DNA of 63,962 bases, filler included, from Octopus bimaculoides (lineage: Eukaryota), in the NCBI RefSeq assembly GCF_001194135.2. It is 6 parts of 6 records of this genome, joined end to end, with 100 filler letters (N's around TTAATTAATTAA, not from the genome) between each part and the next. Parts side by side here need not be neighbours in the genome. Positions count along the whole stretch, not along the records: positions 43,860 to 59,317 come from NC_068982.1; positions 59,418 to 60,737 come from NC_069009.1; positions 60,838 to 62,774 come from NW_026325578.1; positions 62,875 to 63,962 come from NC_068996.1; 2 more parts are not named here. One strand, 5' to 3'. A model generated the notes under the pieces. That model searched no databases, was not told the DNA's origin, and was given only the letters and a program-made list of their open reading frames with translations. Shown here piece by piece: positions 53,324-63,962 of this stretch (its first letter is position 1; each line of letters begins with the position of its first letter). The translations under genes were made by a program, and so were the position numbers.

Positions 53324-53976
53324 CAAACTGTCCTCATTTAACGACCTACCTATTTAACGACCACTCGGAGTTACAACGAACTTTACGAACCGTCATTACA
53401 TATTTTACAGGCGATGGGTCCAAATTTTGAGCGATTTTCCAAGGTGGAAAGGCAGACTACTGAACTTTTCAGATGTTATCGAGAAATTTATGACGAAAAA
53501 AAAAGATAACAAAGCAAACAACACTGACGAGATTTTTCATGCATTTTGATGTCAAGAATGAGTTGCTTTTGTAATCTTTATCTAAAGTAAAACAAAGTTA
53601 TTATGTTTGAGTTTCCTTTAAACCTTTTCACCTTTTCTATATAATCCTGAGAAAAGTTTATTAGGCACCTTATGTACTGGGCCTGGAATCACAAACATAC
53701 TTACGATGTCTGAGCTACAGTATCCATATCCTAACTTTTAAGGTTTTCCTTGTGATAATCTTACTGTTACTTATTCATTTTTCAACAATTTATGTTAGTG
53801 ATTCTTGGCCCTGTACTGCATATACTTTATACAGTACGGTATTCTGCTTTTATATGTACGTACAGTACACTATACTTATAAAAAAATACGTATCCTATGA
53901 ATATTTGTTTAACGACGAATTTGCTTAATAACGGAGCTGTTGGAACGTAACTCGGTCGTTAAATGAGGATAGTCTG
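53324..53976 (+). mobile_element. Internally deleted Tigger/pogo transposon
   Basis: TA TSDs, TIRs CAAACTGTCCTCATTTAACGACC / GGTCGTTAAATGAGGATAGTCTG; MGPNFERFSKVERQTTELFRCYREIYDEKK, frameshift, ITKQTTLTRFF. Confidence 0.9.
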
Positions 53977-54094
53977 TATATAAAATTATGGATGTGAAAA
54001 ATCTGTTTCCCTTATCACTATTAATTATATATATTTGTGTGTGTGTGTGTGTGTGTCTATTCACTGAAACACAAATATAATATATAAATGTGCC

Positions 54095-54298
54095 CTTTTA
54101 AAGCCTAGCCAGGCTCATGGGCCCGATTTCCCGGTTTCAATGGCGTTCCAGCTGGACGGGACGCCAGTCCATCGCAGCGTTAATGTGAAATAAAATGTTT
54201 TGCTCAAGAACACAACACACAGCCCGGTCCAGGAATCGAAACCACAATCTTGAGATCATGATGCTGACACCCTAACCACTAAGTCATGTGCCTCCATC
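54095..54298 (-). mobile_element. tRNA-derived CORE-like SINE
   Basis: TGACTTAGTGG...GGTTTCGATTCC head, TGTGTTCTTGAGCAAAACA, GCGATGGACTGGCGTCCCGTCCAG. Confidence 0.8.
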
Positions 54299-54456
54299 AC
54301 TGAAACACGAACACACACATAAATCCATACACAGTCAACTACACACACACAAATAGAAATAAATATACACACACAGATTGATATATATGCAAAGATATAC
54401 CCACACAGATTACATATGCACAGTGTACAAACATGAAGACAAATATGTGCACACAG

Positions 54457-54487
<31 letters not shown>

Positions 54488-54518
54488 GACATATACACAT
54501 GCACAGTACAAACACATG

Positions 54519-54558
<40 letters not shown>

Positions 54559-54699
54559 TATATGAGTAAATATGTACTTTATTAGGGACAGACATAATAT
54601 TCTATATACCAGAACACTTTAAACAATCATCACATTTGTTATTGACAAAATTTCTTTGAAAATATTAATATAATCTCTGTTTCAAGTATTTCTGTCACA

Positions 54700-54828
54700 T
54701 CTCTGCCATCACCACCACCATCACCATCGACTTTCTTCACCACCATCACTGCTGTTGCCCTGCATCACCAGCACCAGCACTCTACCACTACCATCACCAA
54801 GACTACTCTCACCACCACTGCCACAACC

Positions 54829-54860
<32 letters not shown>

Positions 54861-55670
54861 GCTGCTATTATCATCACTACCATCTTACTTCAACCCCAAC
54901 ATACCAGCACCCTACTCCCTACAACTATTAACCCCACCACTACCACCCCAACACCCATCATTATCACCACTGCCACCCCACCCCACCACCACCACCACCA
55001 CTGCAAGCCAATATCATCATCACAACATCTTATTCACCACTACCACACCAACACAACCATGTTACCACCATCACAACCACCACCACCACCACCACTATCA
55101 CCACCCTGCAAACCATCATCATTACCACCATGCTACCACCATCATCACTATAACCCCACAGCCATCACTGTGCCACCCCAAAGTCACCACTGCCCTAAAA
55201 AAACAATCACCACCACCCCATTACTTCTACCCCATATACCACCCACTACTATACCAGCACCACTATGCTACATCACCACAATGGTACAAACCATCATCAT
55301 CACCGCAACACTGCAACCATCACCACCACCACCGTCACTACATCACTGCTACCCTAGAAACAACCGCCACCACTACCACCTTTACTCTAAAAACAACCAT
55401 GCCACCACTACATCACCACTACCCTATAAAAAAATCCACCACCACTACCTCCTCTACTCTATAAACAACCACCACCACCACTACATCACCACTACCCTAG
55501 AAACTACCACCACCACTACCACTCTAAAAACAACCACCGCCACCACTACATCACCGCTACCCTAGAAAAAAACCACCACCACTACCACCTCTACTCTAAA
55601 AACAATCACCACCACCACTACATCACCACTACCCTAGAAACCACAACCACCACTACCACCCCACCCCTAC
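54700..55670. repeat. (CCA/CTA)-rich low complexity including an about 63-bp minisatellite at 55330-55660
   Basis: CACCACTACATCACCACTACCCTAGAAA...CTACTCTAAAAACAA repeated about 5 times. Confidence 0.85.
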
Positions 55671-55761
55671 CTTGCGAAGTACCATCATTACCATAACACC
55701 ACAGCCAGCCCCAGTACCAGTGCCAGCTCCCCCTCATTCCAAGCTGTCTTCCTTTTCTTAG

Positions 55762-55937
55762 CAATGGCAAAACACAGCTAAGGAAAAACGTGCCAAGAAG
55801 TGACAGGTTTTCTATCCAACAGAACAAGCATAATATGGGAATATGGAACGCCAAGTCAGCTCTGAATCTATTGAAAATCCAGACACTCTTGGCAGACTGT
55901 ACGAGAGAAGAATCATTTCCAAGCAAAGACTTTGTAG
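55762..55937 (+). CDS. Candidate internal exon (phase 2 to 1), product unknown
   Basis: CCTTTTCTTAG acceptor, GTAG|GTAACA donor, open NGKTQLRKNVPRSDRFSIQQNKHNMGIWNAKSALNLLKIQTLLADCTREESFPSKDFV; could instead be a pogo HTH relic in another frame. Confidence 0.3.
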
Positions 55938-56829
55938 GTAACAGATTATTGTTGCAAAGTAAATAGGTAATTGAGAGACAGGAGGAGAGGAAGAATGTGT
56001 GTGTGTATATGAGAGAGGGGGAGAGAGAGGAAGAGGGGGAGAGAGAGGAAGAGGGGGGAGAGAGAGGAAGAGGGGGGAAAGAGATAGATAGATAGATAGA
56101 AAGAGAGAAATAATTCTTTTTTCCCATTTCTTGAATGGATATGTGTTTCGCTAACTGCAGGTAAATATACAAGTGTGAGCATGTCTCTGTTATAGTTGTA
56201 CATGCATATTTATTTATTTATATTGTTATATTTGTGATTCATTCTTTCTATTCATTCACTTCACACTGACATTGGCCATAGACCCAACTAATTTATAATT
56301 ACTTGTTGAGTACTATGACTTGATAAATACTGCACTTCCAGACTAAAGATATACATTGTGATATTGATAAGTATTTTGTTCTTTGTCTACTCCAAGGTCT
56401 CATGCTGGTTGGCCTGGCTTGAAGAAGAAGTTTTGTGATTCTTTCCCGCAGCATTTTAATCACAAGTCTGAAGTACAGGAGCTGTCACTTAAAAGTGATA
56501 TATCTATAACTGTACAATTAATTTTAAAAATACTTCTAGGTTGAAACTTCCCATTGTTTTGTAATCCAACTGGTAGACCTGCCTGGAATTTGTGCATTGT
56601 ATATTACATGATGTCTTGAGAAATTTCTCTGAATTTCCACTCTTAGTTCACTTGGTGTTTAACAGGGTACTATCTCCTTTGAGGTAGCCAAAAGGAAATA
56701 ATCACAGTTAAAAAGGTGAGATGTCTGAGCTGGGGTATGATATGGTCGGTTAACATTTCTTTATTAACATCCATGGGTGCTCTTTTTGCAGAGTGGTCGC
56801 TCTGCTCTTTTGTCACCACAAATGCTGTA

Positions 56830-57048
56830 CATTGGTTTCAAATTTCGGCATAAGGCCAACAAGTTTAGGGTAAGAGGAAAGTTGATTACATCAATGCCAG
56901 TGCTCAACTGGTACTTATTTTATTGACCCTGAAAGGATGAAAGCCAAAGTCGACCTCAGTGGAATTTGACTCAGAATGTAATGACAGCTGAAATGTCGCT
57001 AAGCATTTTGCCAGGTATGCTAACAATTCTGCCAGTTTGCCACCTTAA
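56830..57048 (-). mobile_element. Meta-domain SINE
   Basis: CTGGTACTTATTTTATTGACCCTGAAAGGATGAAAGCCAAAGTCGACCTC. Confidence 0.85.
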
Positions 57049-57539
57049 AGATGTTATATATTAATGCCACATTTGTTGAGCACTGAAGAATGAGTTGCAC
57101 AAAATGAATATTTAGTTATCCAAATTCCCTGTTATTCAATTTTTAACCTCTAAGGTGCACAGACCTGTCACACATAAGTTTGTCACACAGCATCAAGAAT
57201 TTATAAATTCACAATGAAGAACAACCTCTTGAAACTGAAGGCTGATTTGCCTCAGTAGTGAAACTTTTACTTATTTACTCAACTAGACTCATGGAAATAC
57301 ACTTTATCAGTCATAAGAAGAACAATATCACAAGTTCTCTGTCTATATTGTGAGCATGTTTTCCACAATATCTAAAAATAAGAAATAAAAGGATCTTTTC
57401 TATAGAAAAACATGTTTTGCTATAGTAAAAGTGTGGTGTGTCTTATTTGGAAAGCGATGCAACACACTCCTCTCCCTTATTTCATTTTCTCATAAATTAT
57501 TTTCTTTTCTTTCCACACACACACACACACACACACACA

Positions 57540-57950
57540 GGTGTAGGCATGACTGTATGGTAAGAAGTTTGCTTCCTAACCACATAGTTCCAAGTTGAGT
57601 CTCATTGTGTGTTACATTGGGCAAGTGTCTTCTACTATAGTCTTGGGTCGCCTCCAAAGCCTTATGTGTGAATTTGGCAAATGGAAACTGAAAGAAATCT
57701 ATTGTATATATGTGTGTGTGTCTTTGCTTCTGTGTTTTTTGTCCTTCCCCACACACTCACTACTTGACAATTGGTGTTGATGTGTTTCTGTCCCCATAAC
57801 TTAGTAGTTTGCCAAAATAGTCTGATAAAATAGGTAACAGGCTTGAAAAAAAGTTGGTACTGGAGTCGATTTGTTCAACTAAAATTCTTCAAGATGGTGC
57901 CCCAGCATGGCCACAGTCTAATGACTAAAACAACTAAAAATAAAAGAAAC
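57540..57950 (+). mobile_element. V-domain SINE, full length
   Basis: Head, GGGCAAGTGTCTTCTACTATAG, tail CCAGCATGGCCACAGTC. Confidence 0.85.
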
Positions 57951-58689
57951 AAACATACATACATATATATATATAATGATTTCAAATTTTTGCTACAAGG
58001 GCAACTTGAGGGAGGGAATTAAGTTGATTAGATCGACCCCAGCGTGTAACTAGTACTTATTTAAATGACCCTGAAATCCCTGGAAAAGCAGGGCTTATCC
58101 CTTGGTTTTGTTCTCATAATTGTTTCCCTAATCCAATAACAACAATAGAAAGTATGTAGCCCTTAAAATGGTTTTTGTGTATCTATTGAGAATACCAAAC
58201 TGTCTTACACAGGATCTTGTTTTTAGGAATTCCCAATAAGTTATGAATACCCAAATTATGAAGTCAGTTATGTAATAACATGAAATTAATTACCCAATAG
58301 TAAGAATTCAAATAAAATAGTGCCGAATAGGGTTTTAATACGTTCCCAGAGTATATAGAACTTAGGAGGAAATACTAATAAGGTATGTATACTAAAATCG
58401 TGAAGCATGTTATGTAATAACAGGCTAATCAGATATGAGATAATAACAATTCAAAGTTAAGAACTCTGAAAAAAGCTTTTGAAAATTTGCAGAGAATATC
58501 ATCCTCAGCGGCGCTAGTGTTAGTATATTTGTGAATAAGTCACAAACTAAAATAAGTGGATCTATTGTTTAGGAAAATACTATTTACTTGTTTAAGCATT
58601 GTACTGGATAAATTGCGAACATAACTCAAATAGTTCAAATAGTAAGAAATAAACATACTCAATTTGATTTATATGAAATAATTTACAAA

Positions 58690-58975
58690 CATGAATGGGT
58701 TATTTCCCTTGGCTATATATAAGGATCCCTTTCAGGAACAAATGGGTTATTTCCCTTGGATGTTTAAAAATAATATATTTGTTATATGCAGTAGATATAA
58801 GAATCCCTTCCAAGGGCCCTATTATCGATATTTTCAACAATCTAAGTATGGCACTAGTTTTCCAGACATGAGTTCTACTCATGTGTCAAGTTTTATGAAA
58901 ATCGATAAAACGATGTAGGAGGAATTAGATAACAACGCCACAAACAGTCACACCCACAGATTTCCACATATGTAG
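58690..58975 (+). mobile_element. Helentron/HINE (DINE-1-like) end
   Basis: GTGTCAAGTTTTATGAAAATCG...GTAGGAGGA...ACAAACAGTCAC motif; duplicated ATGGGTTATTTCCCTTGG. Confidence 0.5.
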
Positions 58976-58994
58976 TATATATATATATATATAC

Positions 58995-59317
58995 TCTTTA
59001 CTCTTTTACTTGTTTCAGTCTTTTGACTGTGGCCATGCTGGAGCACCGCCTGTTAGTCGAGCAAATCGACCCCAGGACTTATTCTTTAGAAGCCTAGTAC
59101 TTATTCTATCGATCTCTTTTGCCGAACCGCTAAGTTACGGGGACATAAACACACCAGCATCGGTTGTCAAGCGATGTTGGGGGGACAAACACACACACAT
59201 ACATATATATATATATACATATATACGACGGGCTTCTTTCAGTTTCCATCTACTAAATCCACTCACAAGGCTTTGGTCGGCCCGAGGCTATAGTAGAAAA
59301 CACTTGCCCAAGATGCC
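58995..59317 (-). mobile_element. V-domain SINE, young-looking, cut by gap
   Basis: Close match to 28764-29196. Confidence 0.9.
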
Positions 59318-59500
59318 NNNNNNNNNNNNNNNNNNNNNNNNNNNNNNNNNNNNNNNNNNNNTTAATTAATTAANNNNNNNNNNNNNNNNNNNNNNNNNNN
59401 NNNNNNNNNNNNNNNNNGTTGAAGTGTGATCTGGGCAGTTAAAATGAAAGATTACCAACAGTAACATTTAAAAATGAGTGCTGGGGTATGTTTATCCTAC

Positions 59501-59557
59501 CTGAAGCAATGTGTTATGACTTTGTGGCCAGATCTTTGATGACCAATTTGGTTGACA
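59501..59557 (-). CDS. Candidate 57-nt internal exon
   Basis: CACTAAC branch point, polypyrimidine tract, TTCCAG acceptor, CAG|GTAGGA donor; open as VNQIGHQRSGHKVITHCF (phase 2) or CQPNWSSKIWPQSHNTLLQ (phase 0). Confidence 0.4.
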
Positions 59558-59954
59558 CTGGAATTTAACAGAAGATGAGAAGAATATTGGTTAGTGAAGA
59601 TTAGCGGGACAATGGCATGTTATATGTCCAGCAGAGGCATAAGAAAGAAAAGACAAAACTAAGAGAAAAAGAGTGTTATAAAGTGATAACTAACTAAGAT
59701 TATTGCAGAACTGTTAGATTAGTATATATGATGTCTTAAGAAAAATATGAGATTTAGAAAGGTTAGCCTATTTTGTTGTGGTTCTAAATATCGAGCTGTT
59801 ATATAGTAACAGCTTAGAAAGTGTTGACCGAAAGCATAGTGGTCACCAGTTGACTATTGATGATATGATTGCCTCACAATAATGGAATATAGATTATTAA
59901 CAGACACAATGAAATTTTTATATGAAATATAAAACTTTGAAATGTTTATTTCAG

Positions 59955-60005
59955 TGTGTCCAAAGTTCGAAGAGAAAGCAGTCCAGACGGTTGCAGAATC
60001 TGTTG
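59955..60005 (+). CDS. Candidate 51-nt phase-1 micro-exon (CPKFEEKAVQTVAESV)
   Basis: TTTATTTCAG acceptor, TTG|GTAAGT donor, length 3n, open. Confidence 0.5.
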
Positions 60006-60121
60006 GTAAGTATAAAATAACTGTAATTGATTTCTATAAATTTTACCTTCACCTGAGTTATATTGGTTGTGTGAATGACTGAGAAGAGGTTCCATTGCTA
60101 CATTTCCAATTCTTATTTCAG

Positions 60122-60172
60122 TGTGCCCCAAGTGTAAAGAGAAAGCAGTCCAGAGAGTTGCAGAATCTTTTG
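60122..60172 (+). CDS. Duplicate micro-exon (CPKCKEKAVQRVAESF) with GC donor
   Basis: CTTATTTCAG acceptor, TTG|GCGAGT donor, open. Confidence 0.4.
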
Positions 60173-60513
60173 GCGAGTATAAAATAACTGTAATTGATTT
60201 CTATAAATTTTACCTACACCTGAGTTATATTGTTTGTGTAAATGACTGAGAACAGGTTCCATTGCTACATTTTATTCGAATGGTTACCTATAAAGTAATT
60301 CTATTCTCTACCTACAAATGCAAGAATATCCAGTAAATGGGTTTTATATGAAAACCTGAGACACAGGAAAAAGGACTCTCATGATGAGGAAAAAATACAA
60401 AAGATGAAATATAAATCCTGAAGCGGTTGTCTCCCCTTAAGGAGATATATTCACTTTTCTTTCATCTCATTGTTGTCTCCCTCACTTTCCTTCTCTCTTT
60501 CTCCCTCCTCCTT

Positions 60514-60549
<36 letters not shown>

Positions 60550-60613
60550 CAAGTAGCAGCCTCTGTAGTTCCCAGTAGTGTAACATGAATTTTATTAAAA
60601 ATATTGATATTAC

Positions 60614-60652
60614 CAAAATTTAACAAAATGTCCAGCAGTGTTGGCGCTGTTG
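60614..60652 (-). CDS. Candidate 39-nt exon
   Basis: CATTTTAG acceptor, TTG|GTAATA donor; open as NSANTAGHFVKF or TAPTLLDILLNF. Confidence 0.25.
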
Positions 60653-61009
60653 CTAAAATGGCTCAATTAGGAAACACAATAGAGTTAATTGTCTTTTGAA
60701 TGAAGGAACTAAAACATTTTGCTGTTTAATGGTAAACNNNNNNNNNNNNNNNNNNNNNNNNNNNNNNNNNNNNNNNNNNNNTTAATTAATTAANNNNNNN
60801 NNNNNNNNNNNNNNNNNNNNNNNNNNNNNNNNNNNNNATATATATATATATATAATACACATTAAGTGCAGGACATTACCAACGAGCGAAAAATGCGTAA
60901 ACACCCAAGAGATTAGTACAATATAAGATACCAAACGAGGTCCAACTCCTCTTCAGTTCTTGACTGTTTTATTCCTTCCTATTTCGTGCTATATACATAT
61001 ATATATATT

Positions 61010-61190
61010 AGACGAAATGAGATAACAAAGCCAGGGTTGTGAGTAGTTTTCAGGACATTTATAAGGAAAAGGATATAGATATCGTCTTACAGCTGTGTCT
61101 GGGATATTATGGATATCTCTTCATCAAAGACGATGTGAGATATGTCGTGAAAACTACTCAGAACCCTGGCTTTGTTATCTCATTTTGTCT
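61010..61190. mobile_element. Foldback element with 49-bp inverted arms around a hammerhead-like core
   Basis: 61010-61058 and 61142-61190 are reverse complements with 3 mismatches; flanked by (TA)n. Confidence 0.85.
61081..61134 (-). ncRNA. Decayed type I hammerhead ribozyme motif
   Basis: AUCGUCU UUGAUGA A GAGAUA-UCCAUAA-UAUCCC AGACAC AGCU GUA AGACGAU: 7-bp stem I, stem II 5/6 paired, palindromic ACAGCUGU stem III, GUA site; core mutated. Confidence 0.65.
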
Positions 61191-61973
61191 GATATATATA
61201 TATGCATGCTAATACAAGACCCACATTAGACTCCTCACTCGTATCACTATCGAACCAAGACTTTAACTACGGTCCGTCCACAGCAATTACAGCATTACCT
61301 GCCACTCTTTGGGTCTTCTAGATACCAATACCTTATATANNNNNNNNNNNNNNNNNNNNNNNNNNNNNNNNNNNNNNNNNNNNNNNNNNNNNNNNNNNNN
61401 NNNNNNNNNNNNNNNNNNNNNNNNNNNNNNNNNNNNNNNNNNNNNNNNNNNNNNNNNNNNNNNNNNNNNNNNNNNNNNNNNNNNNNNNNNNNNNNNNNNN
61501 NNNNNNNNNNNNNNNNNNNNNNNNNNNNNNNNNNNNNNNNNNNNNNNNNNNNNNNNNNNNNNNNNNNNNNNNNNNNNNNNNNNNNNNNNNNNNNNNNNNN
61601 NNNNNNNNNNNNNNNNNNNNNNNNNNNNNNNNNNNNNNNNNNNNNNNNNNNNNNNNNNNNNNNNNNNNNNNNNNNNNNNNNNNNNNNNNNNNNNNNNNNN
61701 NNNNNNNNNNNNNNNNNNNNNNNNNNNNNNNNNNNNNNNNNNNNNNNNNNNNNNNNNNNNNNNNNNNNNNNNNNNNNNNNNNNNNNNNNNNNNNNNNNNN
61801 NNNNNNNNNNNNNNNNNNNNNNNNNNNNNNNNNNNNNNNNNNNNNNNNNNNNNNNNNNNNNNNNNNNNNNNNNNNNNNNNNNNNNNNNNNNNNNNNNNNN
61901 NNNNNNNNNNNNNNNNNNNNNNNNNNNNNNNNNNNNNNNNNNNNNNNNNNNNNNNNNNNNNNNNNNNNNNNNN

Positions 61974-62016
<43 letters not shown>

Positions 62017-62514
62017 CGTGTGTATGTATGTGTGTACTCGTTTATATATATGGCAATCTATTCATGCATATGATATATTTTATTATAATTATATTATACC
62101 TTATATTACATTATATTATTTTATATATATTATATAACATAAAACGAGTTGTGAGGGAAGACGTCGACAAACAAATACAATATGGACGCAAACAAGTAAA
62201 ACGTGTGACTGAAAAAAAAAACACAAATAAAAGCATATATGAATACATATACATATAAGAATAAGAGCGCAGAAGACACATAGTTGCTATTCATAAGCAC
62301 ACAAAAACTATTGACTTCTCTTAAATATTTTATTTTTATTTTTTATTATTTAGCAATAAAACTTTTGTCTTACAAAGTATGTCAGTGACCAGGTCACTGA
62401 CTGAAATTGTGGAAAACTGTGTTAGTGACCGCGTCGCAGTTAGTGTGACGGAGAACTTGACGTTTGAGTGCAGTTAACATTCTTTGTGTGTTTTTGAATG
62501 GCTAATACACATTC

Positions 62515-62570
62515 TCCTCGACTTACGACCGAGTTCCGTTCCGACTGACAGGTCGTAAATCGATCTTCTC
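62515..62570. mobile_element. Tigger/pogo-like terminal fragment
   Basis: CCTCGACTTACGACC...GGTCGTAAATCGA subterminal inverted motif. Confidence 0.5.
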
Positions 62571-62613
62571 GTACGTCAGATTTATATTTTTCTATACGAC
62601 TGTCAATCAAAGT

Positions 62614-62774
62614 AGAGGCGCGTGGCTCAGTGGCTAGGGGGTGTTGGACTCATGATCGTAAGATTGTGGTTTCGATTCCTGAGAATGTGGTTTCGATTCC
62701 TGGGATTGTGGTTTCGATTCTTGGGATTGTGGTTTCGATTCCTGAGAATGTGGTTTCGATTCCTGGGATTGTGG
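62614..62774 (+). mobile_element. tRNA-SINE head with tandemly amplified 21-bp B-box unit
   Basis: A-box TGGCTCAGTGG, then TGTGGTTTCGATTCYTGRGAW x5 plus a partial unit ending at a gap. Confidence 0.9.
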
Positions 62775-62895
62775 NNNNNNNNNNNNNNNNNNNNNNNNNN
62801 NNNNNNNNNNNNNNNNNNTTAATTAATTAANNNNNNNNNNNNNNNNNNNNNNNNNNNNNNNNNNNNNNNNNNNNTATATATATGATATATTATAT

Positions 62896-62949
<54 letters not shown>

Positions 62950-63639
62950 GAGGAATACAAAAAAAGAAAACGGACAAGAACACAAAGCATCCCGACAGTT
63001 AGATGATACAAAAAAGGAACAAGAAGAAACAAGGACGGGTCATTCGGAGTTTTCTTTCCTCAGTCGAGTTCCAGATTAGCTTGGCATTTTCGGTTGGTTA
63101 TACTCGAAATTGCTCTAATCTGACCAGCCCCAACACAACTGCCGATTCATCTCTCAGCGACATATAGAATCTTAGTGTTTTTCAGGCATTGATGATGCAA
63201 ATACCCAGGTGGCTTCCTAAAAAATAATTGCAACATAAGCAGTATGAATAACAAAAGGTAACATTTATCTGTCACTTAAAGTAGATATTGTGAAAGAACA
63301 CAGATATACTGCGTTATATACCATGAGTGAACCTCTCATATGGACTTGTCGTACCTGAAAGCGCCCGTGACAAGGTCGGGGAAAGCCGAAATTACGTAAT
63401 CTGGCAGTTCTAGCGATCGTAGTGGACGACTGTCGCGCACCAGCGACGTAAACACGAGTGATTTTATGCACCACAAATCCATAGATGTTTTGAACACTTT
63501 AGCCAAGGGTCTTCTACCGTAGAACCGGGCTGGCCAATGCCTTGTCTGTGAATTTGATAGATGGAAGCTGTTTAGGAAACCCGTGTGTGTGTGTGTGTGT
63601 GTATGTGTGTGTGCACGCGTGCGTGCGTTTGTTTTTTAT

Positions 63640-63866
63640 TTCTTTATTGCCCACAAGGGGCTAAACATAGAGGGGACAAACAAGGATAGACAAACGGATT
63701 AAGTCGATTACATCGACCCCAGTGCATAACTGGTACTTATTTAATCGACCCCGAAAGGATGACAAGCAAAGTCGACCTCGGCGGAATTTGAACTCAGAAC
63801 GTAACGGCAGACGAAATACCGTTAAGCATTTTGCCCGGCGTGCTAACGTTTCTGCCAGCTCGCCGC
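63640..63866 (-). mobile_element. Meta-domain SINE
   Basis: Near-identical to 15565-15800 and 46812-47040. Confidence 0.9.
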
Positions 63867-63962
63867 CTGCGTACGTTTGTGTTTGCGTTTGTCCTCCAGC
63901 CATTGTTTGACCGATCAGGCTATCAGATGTTGTTACACATTGCTGGTGACATTGCGCTTTGC

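Larger units (their letters stand above)
59944..60273. repeat. Tandem duplication with 167-bp period (2 copies)
   Basis: Direct alignment of 59944-60108 with 60112-60273. Confidence 0.95.

Noticed and set aside
55059-55565. Pro/Thr/His-rich mucin-like ORF
   Set aside because: Explained by CCA/CTA low complexity; no splice support.
56390-56480. Minus-strand exon LVIKMLRERITKLLLQARP
   Set aside because: Donor is weak and the acceptor ambiguous.
63030-63070. CUGAGGA...GAAU hammerhead candidate
   Set aside because: The only stem II pairing overlaps the core itself.
63265-63474. CpG-rich ORF or LTR-retrotransposon relic (LVVPESARDKV)
   Set aside because: A single short motif is insufficient to assign.

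Overview
AT-rich, fragmented eukaryotic draft assembly (roughly 10% N). It is dominated by microsatellites, tRNA-derived SINEs (V-domain, Meta-domain and CORE-like), decayed LINEs (RTE, CR1-like, possibly L1/Tx1) and decayed DNA transposons (five mariner pieces, Tigger/pogo, hAT, Chapaev3, a Helentron-like element). The repeat vocabulary looks like an octopod cephalopod; this is inferred from recalled repeat families, not from a search. No complete protein-coding gene is supported, and nearly every supplied ORF is a microsatellite or N-run artefact or the shadow of a transposon relic. There are some candidate exons (52.1 kb, 55.8 kb, 59.5-60.7 kb) and a candidate bidirectional promoter near 9.1 kb. 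The most notable signal is a set of minimal hammerhead-ribozyme motifs in unusual hosts. One nearly intact motif lies in the 3' part of a tRNA-headed SINE that forms a head-to-head pair (2.1-2.5 kb). One decayed motif lies at the centre of a 49-bp inverted-repeat element (61.0-61.2 kb), and weaker relics occur at 17.5, 30.3 and 34.5 kb. Other oddities are a tandemly duplicated 51-nt micro-exon candidate, a higher-order array of Pol III B-boxes and a perfect 37-bp-arm palindrome. All family names come from memory of consensus motifs and need database confirmation.
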